64,000 nt of DNA from Takakia lepidozioides (lineage: Eukaryota; Plantae; Bryophyta), in contig CM060733.1 of the NCBI GenBank assembly GCA_030704615.1, forward strand, positions 18,662,001 through 18,726,000. Reading direction: 5' to 3'. Position numbers and translations under genes: made by a program. Below, piece after piece: positions 1-11,400 of this stretch (its first letter is position 1; every line of letters starts with the position of its first letter). A model generated the notes under the pieces. The model saw nothing but the letters and a program-made list of their open reading frames with translations. It had not been told where the DNA came from and ran no database searches.

Positions 1-307
1 TCCAATATTCTGTCCCTCCCATCTGTAGTCTCTCATTAGCTCCATGCTGATTCTGGCAAGTTACACATAGAAGTGGTAACCATGGGAGGAAGGGGGCTAT
101 GGTAGTTTCAGTTGTGGATAGTTTAACAGTCCACTGGACTTAAGGTTGGCTATGTCTAGATTACATACCATTGCATGCTGCAGTTGGATATATGGGCTGT
201 TGCTTGTCAACGTAAGTATCTAGAGCTCTTATAAATGTAGTCAAAAGCCTGTATTAAAGATATGCATGAAATTGTAAGTCTTAAAGCTGTAGACTTAGCT
301 GTGGAGC

Positions 308-616
308 TATTGTACAAAGCTTACACCAGAATGTAGTTCTTCATTGCAAGGAAAAAAAACGAATACACGGGAGCACAGAAGAGATATACATGGCTCTACA
401 CCAGCCGATATACTCGGCAGAAGGACTATGTATGGCGGGAGCACCAAGTTCAAACTCCACTGCCAGGCTGTAACAAATACTCCACTGCCAGCTATAACTA
501 ATATGGACGTGAATGTCAAAGTCCTAGATACTATACCGCAGATATAAAGAAGTAATCTGATCTGAAAGTGGAACTATCACTTACATTGATCATTCTTGAA
601 TCTAGATATTACAACA
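308..616 (-). repeat. 3' LTR of copia element
   Basis: Near-identical to 4517-4826; adjacent to the PPT. Confidence 0.93.
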
Positions 617-1379
617 CTCCCACTAAGAATGATCAATGTAATAGTATCCTCCCACTCATTGATCTGTAATCGGGGGGCCTGCAACAAGAGAAAGCATGCT
701 GCAGAAACGTCGAAACTTATCAGGTACCAGCGCCTTGGTGAGTATGTCTGCAACTTGATCATTCGTATTGATGTACACAACTCGAATGAATCCACGATGC
801 TGGAAGTCTCTCACTATGTGGTATTGTATATCAATGTGCTTGGTTCTGCGATGGTACTCTGGATTGAGTATGAGCTTTATCGCACTTTGATTGTCTCCAT
901 GAAGTTGAGTTGGTTCTTGCCTGAGAAGTTGTCTCAACCATACAACCTCTTTGCTAGTAACGCACGCTGCAATATACTCCGCCTCCATGGTAGAACCTGC
1001 CACACATTGTTGTTTTCGACTTACCCAAGTCACGGGTCCACCATTGAGAAAAACCAAGCACCCACTGCGAGATTTACGGTCATCTCCAGCGTAGTCCGCA
1101 TCTGCAAATGCGGTGAGTATGTTGTTGCAGTCTCCAGCAAAGTAACAGAGTTTGTAATGCACTGTACCCTTCAGATACTTCATAATCCGCCGAACAGCAT
1201 TACAATGAACATGCTTTGGCTTGGTAGAAAACTTTGCCACACAATAGAGTAATCTATATCCACTGCAATCATCTTTGAAAGATACAAAATAAAAGGCTCC
1301 CCCAAGCGAGGCAACACTCATGGGACCACACAAGTCAGAGTGATAAAATTGACTAGGCTTTTCAGCTTTCTTTCTATCT

Positions 1380-1471
1380 GGGCCCTCGATGGCCTGTGTG
1401 TTGAGCAGTAGGCTCAGTAAATTCACTGGACGTTAAAGAAACTTTATCTTTATCTTTATCCTTTATCTTTG
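1380..1471 (+). mobile_element. Very short 5'-truncated LINE/SINE 3' end with (CTTTAT)n tail
   Basis: 8-bp TSD TTCTATCT (1372-1379, 1472-1479); ends GGACGTTAAAG followed by a tandem CTTTAT tail. Confidence 0.7.
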
Positions 1472-1482
1472 TTCTATCTTTG

Positions 1483-2667
1483 ATTCAGCTTCAACCAGCA
1501 GGAAATTGAGATTGTGAAATCATACCGGTACCTGGGTATGGTTATCCACTCCCCCAAGTTTCACTTTGCAGCCACTGCCCTGGACAGATTGACTAAAGGT
1601 AAGGCGGCCTCCGTCCGCCTTCAGGCCAAATGCAAGCAAATACATCTGCGTCATCCCCCAACCAAAAAGTGGCTGTTTGACACCGTCGTCAGCCCTGCTA
1701 CCATCTATGGTTGTGAGTTCTGGGCACCTGGCGTCCCTGTCTCCTGGTGGGAAAAGAATTTGGAACCATTCCAGTCATCTTTTCTCCAAGCAATGCTTGG
1801 CGCCAGGAGCACAACTCCATCTCAGATCCTAGGTGCAGAGTTCGCATGTGTACCATTGCAATCCGAGGCCCTCTTCCGGCTTACAATCTTTCTCCATAGA
1901 TTACAGGCCCTTCCACCCAAGGGGCTCGTGGCAAGGGCCCTCACATGTACAACATCTATGAGGCTCAAAGCTGCAGGTTTCAGGAACTCCTGGTATGCTC
2001 GAGTGGACAGTTTATTTCAACGTAACGGACTTTCTACTGCTTTCCTATTACCAATGAATCCAGATGAGGTGGACATCACATCCACACATGACCGTAACAG
2101 ACTCATTAGGAGAGAGCTTATGGAATTACATGTCAAGAGAACTTGGAAGCTACCCAATCTCACGACAAAGCTCCACTTCTATCGAGAGACATTCTTGGTG
2201 CTCCGCGATGATAGAATCTTGAGACCAAATTACCTTTCAGCATCCTTATCTCCTTCCCTCCTGAGGGCATTGGGGCGGTTCAGGGTGGGTTCCCACAACC
2301 TACGGATAGAGACTGGCAGATGGGAAAACCTGCAACGGGAGGACCGCCTATGTCCAGCTTGCATAGGGCGCAGCAAGGAAATTGAAACTGAAGAACACTT
2401 CTTCTTCTACTGCCCTTTATACTACGAGAGATCCGTGGGAGATTCCACTGTTTATTCAGTGGAACCCAAACTCTCACTGATGTCTTCCACTATGAGGATA
2501 AAAAATGCTTGGCAGCATACCTGCACGAGGCCTTCACCCTTAGACAATCGCTAGAACATTAATTGTGGTTTCTGGATTTTGTTCCTCTCTCATGTTGTCT
2601 TCCATTTTGTCCCATAAGCTCTATGAGCTTTCCGCGGACGTTATAAAGCATCATTTCATTTCATTTC
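1483..2667 (+). mobile_element. 5'-truncated LINE (RT thumb plus C-terminal CCHC zinc finger), (CATTT)n tail
   Basis: ORF 1514-2554 with YRYLG, IYGCEFW and RFRVGSHNLRIETGRW..RLCPAC..ETEEHFFFYC; tail CATTTCATTTCATTTC; TSD CTTTG (1478-1482, 2668-2672). Removing both inserts restores copia integrase PVNKDRKKAEKP. Confidence 0.9.
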
Positions 2668-4503
2668 CTTTGTTGACAGGAAAAGACTGACGCTGATTTT
2701 TGCCATGCGCACAACCAAGATAGAACTGATCAATATTTGCATCTTGGTTCTTTATACTTAGACCTGTGACCATCCTTTCATGCTCCATTCGTCTAATCAT
2801 GTCTGTATGCACATGTCCTAGTCGAGCATGCCACTTCTCTAGGGTTTCTTTACCTTGATTAGACCCTGAACTCTCATGACAGTGTCTGTTGTTGCTGAGC
2901 TTTTTGCTAGTATCAAAGCCTGAACTCTCATGACAATCTCTCTTGCTTTCGTTATCATTATCAGACACTGAGCTCTCACGAGGAATTTTGTCTGTAACTA
3001 TGGAGTGGGCTTCATCAATAGGAATGACTACCTTAAATTGCATTCTGTCCTTCTTTAATACCAACCATGGCAAGTCTCTCTTGACCGTGCTGAGAATACA
3101 TTCGACAAGAATCCTTATCATAGACTGCTACTATCCCTTTGTCTGTCATCTGACCAACTGATAGCAGATTCTTTCTCAAATCAGGAACGTAGAGAGCATT
3201 ACGGATAACTCCCTTTGGCCATTTGCCATTGACCAGAGACAATATGTCAATGTCTCCAATACCTCCAACCCAAACACTAGAGTCTGTAGCAATTCGGACT
3301 CCCCAAGTACCATGCCTCATAGGCTTTAAAGTCTGAAACCATTGTTTTATGTCTGTCATGTGGTGCGACGCGGCGGTATCAGCAAACCAAGCATCAGCAT
3401 CCGAAGTTATGTGTGCATAACACACTTGACTCTCAAAAGGTAAAACCAAGGCGTCTCCCCTATTAACTTCAGATGTTGGATTTATTACAACAGGATCCTC
3501 ACTGGTTTCAACAATACCACCAACATCAGTAATGGTGACAAATGCATCAGACTCAATGACATTTGCTTCACTCCTTTTTTTCTCGCCCTTCTTCGGCGGA
3601 TGATGACATTCCTTTGCCCAATGGCCTGTCTCTCCCCAGTTATAGCACTATGTCTTCTTCTTGAGTTCTGTTAAACGGTGTGCTCTCTCCTTACGCTGCT
3701 CGGGAGTAAGCTCTCTTCTCTTGCCGGCAAAAAACGGATTGCTACTACTACTACTACCTCCGGCAAAGAACTGCTCGATCACTCTCTTCATCTATAATAG
3801 CAGTTCTATTCCTGATGGCTGACTCTCTCTTCATTAGCCTTGCATGAAACGACTTTAGCGTTTGTTCCGATGCAGGTACACTATCCCAAGCTAAAAGTAG
3901 TGGCTCATAGCTAGGTGGAAGACCGACCTTCATCTTTGTCAACAACTGCCTCTCGCTGATTTTCTCTCCAAGATCATTCAGCTTCCTACCAAGAGCAGAG
4001 ATGGTACTGCATTAGGTAGAAATTGAATCAGTCTCCTGCATATGATACTTGTAAAAAATTTCTTGGAGACGCGTTATGTTTTCTTCTGCAGTCTGCTCAT
4101 GAGTCATGTTTAGCATCTCCCACATCTCTGCTGCCGTCATGCAATTAATCAATTGCTCCATGTGCTCTCTGTCAATTGAATGCAATATGGTCACTGCTGC
4201 TTTATTATCACGCAGCTCCCATGCATCCTTGTTCTCAGCATCACTCCGCTTATCCTTTCCATTGACCACATTCCAAAGATCTAATGCCTTGAAGATGAAT
4301 TCCATCTAAATTTCCATAAGTGGAAGTTATTTCCATTAAACTTCTCCACACCTGCCAACTCTTTGGCCTCTTCTTTCGAACTCATGCTTCCTTAGCATTC
4401 AAGATCTCTCCAAACTATTCAACTCAAAGTCTCCTTGCTCTAGTTTTTAAAAAAAATACACTTCTATGGCACAGCTTTCACGCACAGCTTCACGACAACG
4501 CTG

Positions 4504-4516
4504 TGGGCCCATAACC
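4504..4516 (-). other. Primer-binding site, half-tRNA-iMet type (GGTTATGGGCCCA)
   Basis: Minus-strand GGTTATGGGCCCA abuts the 5' LTR; this is the known internal tRNA-iMet priming motif of Drosophila copia, Ty5 and Osser-type elements. Confidence 0.85.
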
Positions 4517-4826
4517 TATTGTAATCAGTCTAATCAAAGTTTACACCAGAATGTAGTTCTTTATTGCAAGGAAAAAAAACGAATACACGGGAGCACAGAA
4601 AAGATATACATGGCCCTGTACACCAGCCTGTATACTCGGCAGGAAGGACTATGTATGGCGGGAGCACTCCGGGAGCACCAAGTTCAAACTCCACTGCCAG
4701 GCTGTAACTAATATGGACGTGAATGTCAAAGTCCTAGATACTATACCGCAGATATAAAGAAGTAATCTGACCTGAAAGTGGAACTATCACTTACATTGAT
4801 CATTCTTGAATCTAGATATTACAACA
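4517..4826 (-). repeat. 5' LTR of copia element
   Basis: Near-identical to 308-616; directly followed on the minus strand by the PBS. Confidence 0.93.
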
Positions 4827-5175
4827 GGAGCTTCAAAGCCAGTGAGCTAAGTTCTGAAAGGGTCATCTGTTGTTGTGTTTAGCTTCTCTCGCATATGTAG
4901 TGACCGAGTCAAATGTTATGGAAAAGTGCGTTTCCAGATTAAAAGATATGTAGCACGTACATGATAATTCCGTGATTGCTGGAAAAATAACTCATTTGGA
5001 AACATACGATTTCTGCATGTGATGACAGAAATATGTAATCATATTTCAAGAATCATGTTACAAAACAGAATCGAGTGCTGAAAGTTCTCACCGCTGATTC
5101 AAATCTGGACTACATGCTACAGTGTTCTGTTCAAGTATTTACAATCTACACAGCTTTGCTAGTGGTACTCTCAAA

Positions 5176-6192
5176 CTAGTGGAAGACCGGTGCATGACGG
5201 AACATTTCCGTGACGATGAGAGAGAAGAAGCCCAGCATGGCCAGGCGTCCGTTCCAGCGCTCAGCCATGGCTGTGAAAGGGCCCCAGCTGCGAGCGTCTG
5301 TGGACTCCCCATTCATGATGGGCACCAGCGAAGCATATGTGAACAATTGCACGGCACCAATGAAGAAGGGCAGGCCAGTGCTGCCAGGGCTGAAAAGTTG
5401 TTCCATTACTGTCAACCCGGTCATCTTCTCAGCCACAAAAGCCCACACAATACCCAGCATTGCCTGTCCATGAACAGTTATTGTGTCAGAATTTGCCCCA
5501 TGCGCAAGAACATATCTCAATTGAAAGAGTTACATGCTCAATTACACACCAGTTACATATACTGCAATGCGAACGAAGATTTTGCGTACAAACTTTGGTG
5601 GTGGTATTTAAGCAACCGTAAATCTCCAAATGGCGCATGTGATTGCACCGAGAAAAATTGTGCATACATAAATTACATTAGTGTCTTGGTTGTCAAACTC
5701 TTGAACCAACAGGAAATCAATTGGCTTCAAGTACAGTTATCTTCAGCTACGCATTTCTGAGAATTAGGGCAGAGAATGCCAGCTTACAAGTCGGCAGTTG
5801 ATCGTCTCAGGTGCAGCACCATCGAAGGCAAACACGCCCCAGAAGGACTGGTCACCAGTCTCAGGTCTTCGCTCAACTTCAGGGCGAGGGTAGAATGATC
5901 CTGAGTTTGGCTTGGCACCAAATACAGAGCGCTGCTCAGACTCATTGGTTTCCTGGTTCTTGAGAATGGCATCCCTGGTTATCTCCTTCTTGGTGCTCTG
6001 GTCAACAGCTTCTTGTACACTTGTCAAGTTCCCCCTTCCATTATCGCTGGCTTCACACCTCACCCTGCCTGCCAAAGATGTCAACAGTCTTGGGGTTGAG
6101 CTAAATCCAGTGATGGGCCGCTGGACAGGCAGAGCCTGCAAGCCTCCAAGCTTAGCTGCAGATGTAGACATGCACGACAGTGTAGCTGCCAT
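5176..6192 (-). CDS. ELIP: Early light-induced protein (LHC-like family), 2 exons: 6192-5788, 5463-5176 (230 aa)
   Basis: Transit-peptide-like N-terminus; motifs FAFDGAAPETINCRL/AMLG and AERWNGRLAMLGF; GT-AG intron 5464-5787 in phase 0; TAG stop. Confidence 0.93.
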
Positions 6193-6363
6193 CTTTGTAC
6201 GATTCTACTTGTTGAAGTGAATATGCAGGTGGAGTTGAACGAGTCGCAATCTAAACAACGATGCTCAAGGCAGACTTGAAGCGACCTTGAAGGTGGACGA
6301 AGTACTCAGTGCAATCAGCAAATGAAAACTCTTCACTTCGAATGTTGTAGCAGATGTTTACCA

Positions 6364-6576
6364 TTTATACTGTGAGGCGTATGCGCTCTGGTACGCTCCT
6401 CGTGTCGCCTGCATTACAACTCATGCAACTACGTGTCGAAGGTCTCGTTGAATGTCACTTCCTTGGCCACAAGCGAGACGGGTGGGTGGGCGATTCTCGC
6501 TGAGTATCTTCGTCTCTCTGTCGCTCATCACAAAGCCCATGCCAAGTGGATGGAAAAGAAACGAGACAGACGTGGC
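6364..6576 (-). promoter_or_regulatory. ELIP promoter: TATA box and ABRE/G-box-like motifs
   Basis: TATAAA on the minus strand at 6364-6369; ACGTGTC at 6431-6437 and ACGTGGC at 6570-6576, upstream of the ELIP start. Confidence 0.55.
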
Positions 6577-7000
6577 CGCCTCCTTCCCTGCCCAGATGGA
6601 CATCTTTATTCTTCAAAAGAGCGCGCCAAGTGGAGTTGCCACGCACCTCGATGCAACAAACATGACCTTTTACTGTGTTCTCACAGTTGCCAAGACTTCG
6701 GGATCCTTTGAAGCTGGTCACGATTGTTGGCCACATACACGAGGGAAGATGCAGATCGAAATTAGAATGGAAAGGGAAGAAGGGGTTGATTTAGCTAGTC
6801 TAAAGTCACCTCACCGCGCAGAAAATTGGGTAGCTGAAATCAAAGTCATTACAACGTTACGGTTGATGGGGAACAGAAAGAAAACTTACTCTTATTTGCA
6901 TTATAGATCTTCTGAAATCATTCATACTTAGTAACGTCATGTCAAGCACTGGTCAACCTATAAGCTATGGGGATGGGGATGTGTGGCAAATGATGTGCAG

Positions 7001-7087
7001 GCAATGCTAGGCATTGCGTGGGCATTTGTGGGCGAGAAGATGACCTGGCTTACAGTGCTGGAGCAACTCTTCAACCCTGGTGCAAGC
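7001..7087 (+). pseudogene. ELIP exon-2 fragment, inverted relative to the intact gene
   Basis: After an acceptor (gtgcag) it reads AMLGIAWAFVGEKMTWLTVLEQLFNPGAS, matching AMLGIVWAFVAEKMTGLTVMEQLFSPGST of the intact ELIP. Confidence 0.85.
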
Positions 7088-7254
7088 CGGCAACATCGAC
7101 AGCTTTAAGAACTCGAATATCACCAGGATGCAAACATGGATTCTTGGTTACCACCACCAATCCTGTCAAAAGTACATGTGCCACAAGTCCTTGCTCGGAA
7201 TCACCAAAATTATACTTTGAGAAAGCTTGAAGCCCCAAGAAAGACTGATTTGAG

Positions 7255-7360
7255 ATGAGATTGTGGAAGCAATTGAGTGCTTAAACGAATATAAAGCGGG
7301 TGGACCTGATGGCAATATAGTTGACCAATTACCTTATCAAGCATGGTGGCGACCCCTTTC
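7255..7360 (+). mobile_element. LINE RT N-terminal remnant
   Basis: Reads EIVEAIECLNEYKAGGPDG; similar to the fragment at 8790-9150. Confidence 0.6.
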
Positions 7361-8014
7361 GGGAGTAGAGCCTAACGTCAGTAAATGCACAGCGGCGGCA
7401 TTCAGCGACAGAGGGGAGGGAGGAGGCGATCTGAAGTAGCAGGGAAGCCGATGGTTCACAGGTTTTTGTGCAAAACTGAGGAATCATTCTACTTTCAGGA
7501 TCGCTCACCCGCGGCTTTGAAGGAAAGTGATGCCTCTCCTCTGGCCCAAACCTTCAGGCACAATCAGAAAGGGGGCTTTGCAATTCGTGAATAACCTGCT
7601 TCACCCTGGAGTTGCCACTTTGCCTAAGTGAGTGTGGCACTTGGGATGTGTATATCCTTCATCTTTAGCAACCCCATTGTTTAGATGACATGCACATGAA
7701 TTCAGTGCATTTGACAGTGCAGATCATTGTGTATCTGCTCAAGGAGTGCTTTTCAATTACTGACTTGCTTTGGGCCTCAAGTTATACCAACTTCCACGTA
7801 CAAAACTGTTCAGACAACTGAAAAATGACGGGCATTCGCACCCGTTACGATATATTTGTGAGTACCCTTTTGTACTCTCACTCTCTATCTTTCCATTTTT
7901 CTCTCCCTCTGAAATTCAAACTCGGGTCGGGAAGCCTACATTTGAACAGCAAACAGAAGCAGAGAGGAAAGGGGGATTGCCAATCATCCCACCTGCCAGC
8001 TGCAGCATAGATGT

Positions 8015-8410
8015 TTGAGAGCAACATATAAGTTGTGTGGGCAACCTCAAGACAATCTTCACTTTCTGATTCTTTGTCCTGGGTACTCTCACCAGAGAGA
8101 CGTCCTCTTCAAATCCATCAAGAAAATTGTGCCTGTACTTCTGTTTACCAACTCAGAAAGTCTTGGGGCTGAGCCAAAAGCCCAGGCCCTTTTAGGGCCT
8201 AGTTGTTGGGCAAACCACACTCAGCAGATTGACGCTTGTGTAAAGGAATGTCTAGAGGATATCTCAAAAACTCGGATCAATTGTCTATTCCAAGGTAAGT
8301 CATACTACCAGTGTCAGCCCCTGACAAAGGTAGTTTCTGTCCCAAGTTTCTGTTCCGCTCAAACTGAGCGTGGGGTCAATGGCCACAAGGCTACAGCAAA
8401 CAACGTCTTA
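8015..8410 (+). mobile_element. LINE 3'-terminal remnant (zinc-finger region)
   Basis: LCGQPQDNLHFLILCPGYSHQR resembles the degenerate C-terminal CCHC of LINE ORF2. Confidence 0.55.
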
Positions 8411-8467
8411 TGAGTACATTCTCTCCCTCTTTCTTCCTCTGTTCCCAAATTTTCCCAGATCCACAGA

Positions 8468-11400
8468 TTACCTCATCCAACTGGGTCGAGTTTCCCTGTT
8501 CAATCTTTGGAAAGAGAACAGATCAATGGGCTGAATCTCTCGAGCAAAGGCCGTGGGATTTCTATCCCACTCCAGAACCGAATTTCTTCCATCAAGGTCA
8601 TCTGCCAGCCGAAGGGCCTGCCTTTGTAAAAGCATCACCACAAACCGTAGGGCAGCTGCAGTGACTCCTGGAAGTAAGCGGCGCAGTAGTGGAGTAATGT
8701 CTTGGACAACTTCTGCCACCTCTGCGACATGACACATTTACGTTGCATCAAACTCAAAACCAGAGGAACAAAAGGATTCGTTAGACTTCATTTTACACCC
8801 CACATTGTGGAAAGCACAGAAAAGGGTGGGAGAGTCCTGGCCTCCTGAAAACCACCTCTAGACTCCAGATCAACCTCGAGACGGGTGTTTATAATCCTAC
8901 AAAATAGCTTGCCAACTGCGCTAAGAAGCGTGATAGTTTCCAGGCTCTTCTCTGTCACCTTTCTTATACAGGTTGACAAAGACTCCCAGTCTGGGGATCA
9001 CTTTGGTCTGCCAAATAAGGTTAAAGAGAAGGGCACACCACTGTACTTAATTAGCTCATTGACAATGCCATCAAGTCCCCCTGCTTTATAGCTGCTTAGA
9101 TGCTTTACAGCTTCCACGACCTCAGAAGAACTAATGGGTGCATTGTAACCCTTTGGGAGAGAAAGAGAGAGAGAGACAGAAGCCCACCTTGTCATGCAGT
9201 AGATCAGTTTGACATACCTGCAGCAGAGCTCCGTTGGTTGAAATTAGGCTCAGCCAGTACCCATAGCCTTCTCACAGTCTCAAGGGAATTATGGTCCTCA
9301 TCAGAGAGTTTAGCCATAGGACTGAGTCCCAGCACAAGTCCCGGCAGCGGTAACGGCCAGGACCCTGGTTCGATGAGTGACGAGGGGAAAGGTATGCGAA
9401 CTACAAAATAGCGCCATAGCTCTGCTAAGGCCTCCCGAGAAAGAGCGTCCACTGCTCGGACAAGCTGTGAGATCAGACGCAAGATCCATCAGAAAATTTT
9501 AGCATGACACTTCATTTATCCAACAGCAAAACCTGTCAAGAAAATAGTTATTACACTTTGCTTGGCATAGCCTTGCTGCACAAACCCCTGAGCCCATCTT
9601 GGACAACCTAGAATAGAGGGGGAAGAAAACATGTAGAGGGAGAAAAAGGCAGAGGAAGAAGAAAGAAGGAGACCTCAGTAAGAAGTAACTCCTGGACATA
9701 ACTGCCTTGAGGAGCAAAAAGCAACAGCAAAGCTTCTTTGGTTGCAGGGTCCACAGGCTTTAATTTCGATGAAGGCCCATCCTTGGTATTGATGGGAACC
9801 ATGAGCTCTCGGAAGTTTTGAAACCCAGCAGTTATTTCCTCAACCCTCTGGATGTCCAGTTGGGTCTTGCTGCCATACAGGAAGTACTTCAGGGCCGTAC
9901 GTGTTCGAGGGCTGGAACACGACCATTTGCCACTATATTAGATAACTACATCTCTCCTTGTGGCACCCCTCTTTCAGCAGACCAGCATTGTCAAGGTCAA
10001 AATGGCTGGAAAAAATGCTTAGAATGCAAATAGTCTACCTATTATCAGTGAGCAGTCGCTTGGAGATGTAGGGGTAGCACTCATCCACAATAGTGTAATC
10101 AGGATCCGCATCCAGGCCAATGCCCTCTAACACTGAAAAGGCACGCAGTATCAGGGCAAAGTAGGGTGGGATCACAAATACATAGTCTTTTGAGATGTTG
10201 GCAAGGTCATCTGTTACCTGTACAAACATACAACAACCTTGGTCAGACAACCAGGGGATTATGCATAGAAGCTGCAACGGTGTGCTTGTGATTTGTCATC
10301 TGTGAATTTACTCAAGAACCAGTCAAATTGCTGTATGTACCACCTTGGTTGCTTGCATTATCTATGATACAAAAATTCTCATAGCTCCACACCTGCTGGA
10401 TGTTGACCTTTCGGGCTCCGCCTCCTTTAACTAGCTGGCCCAACACCCGACTCAGTTGTGGTACCACTGCAGCCGTCTTCTCGGGATCTACAAACTCTGG
10501 GGGCACAAACCCAAGCCTCACCAGATCCTCAGCAACACGGGCGTAATCAGAGTTTACCAGATGTGAGATGTACTCTATCAGAGTGTAACGCTGATCTTCT
10601 GTTACCTGCCAACAGTACCCTAGTCTTTTGCATCACGGGCAATTAACTGGCACATAATCACTTGTACAGACAGAGCACAGAGACACCATGCTGATCAAAG
10701 TAGTACATTCGAGATTTTGAAGGTTTTATGTAGAATAGTCTCTTAACATGAAAACACCAGCATGAAATAGCTTACACAGTACGAATCAAAACTTAGTGCT
10801 TGCCGTAATGGGAGAGGGAGGGGGAGAGATGTACTCATTAACCCTTCCCTGTGATGATTGACTACTTAACACATAGTCCCGCCAGCTAATAAGCCTCCTG
10901 GGGTTGCAGCTCACTGGAGTATACGATACTCAACCAGAAAGTGCCAAAGCTGGCAGAGAGAGAGAGGAAATTAGGATGTTAATGTAGAAACTGGCATGAG
11001 GTCAATGCCAGCGCTGCTGTTCTAGCCCATGGGGCCAAAAGAGTGAAAAAAGAAAGAGCTGGACAATTTGGATGAGGAATCCAAACAAGTAAGGGACACA
11101 GCGAAGACGGAAAGGGGCAGACGCACAGGGTACCTCAGTCATGAGTCCAAAGTCAAGGACACACAGACGGCCATCAGGTGTGCGAAGGAGGTTGCCAGGA
11201 TGGGGATCTGCATGAAGAAAGCCAGTCTCTAGCAGCTGCATTAGGTAGCAATTTAGGGCAGTGTTGATCAGTGGTAACAAGTCAGCTGCTTTGCTCTCTG
11301 ATAGCTTCTCTCCATTTATCCAGGCGCTTGTTAACACCTGCAGACCAGCGAAGATCACTTACTCGAAATATTTACTCAGATATGCAACAGTTGGCTTCCT

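Larger units (their letters stand above)
308..4826 (-). mobile_element. Ty1/copia LTR retrotransposon, defective (internal deletion, two nested LINE-type insertions)
   Basis: Two ~310-bp direct repeats (308-616, 4517-4826) flanked by 5-bp TSD GGAGC (303-307, 4827-4831). Minus-strand order: gag (4012-4305), zinc knuckle CYNWGETGHWAKECH (~3600-3650), protease WFADTAASHHMT, GAG-pre-integrase WHARLGH..CAHGK, integrase start HSDLCGPM, RT end/RNase H (ADADYAGD, EAEYIA, DNQSAI, ADILTKAL). PPT TTAGTGGGAG (minus strand) at 617-626. Confidence 0.95.

Noticed and set aside
596-1252. 218-aa plus-strand ORF
   Set aside because: Antisense shadow of the copia RT/RNase H frame.
5122-5760. 212-aa plus-strand ORF
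   Set aside because: Antisense to ELIP exon 2 and its intron; no recognisable domain.
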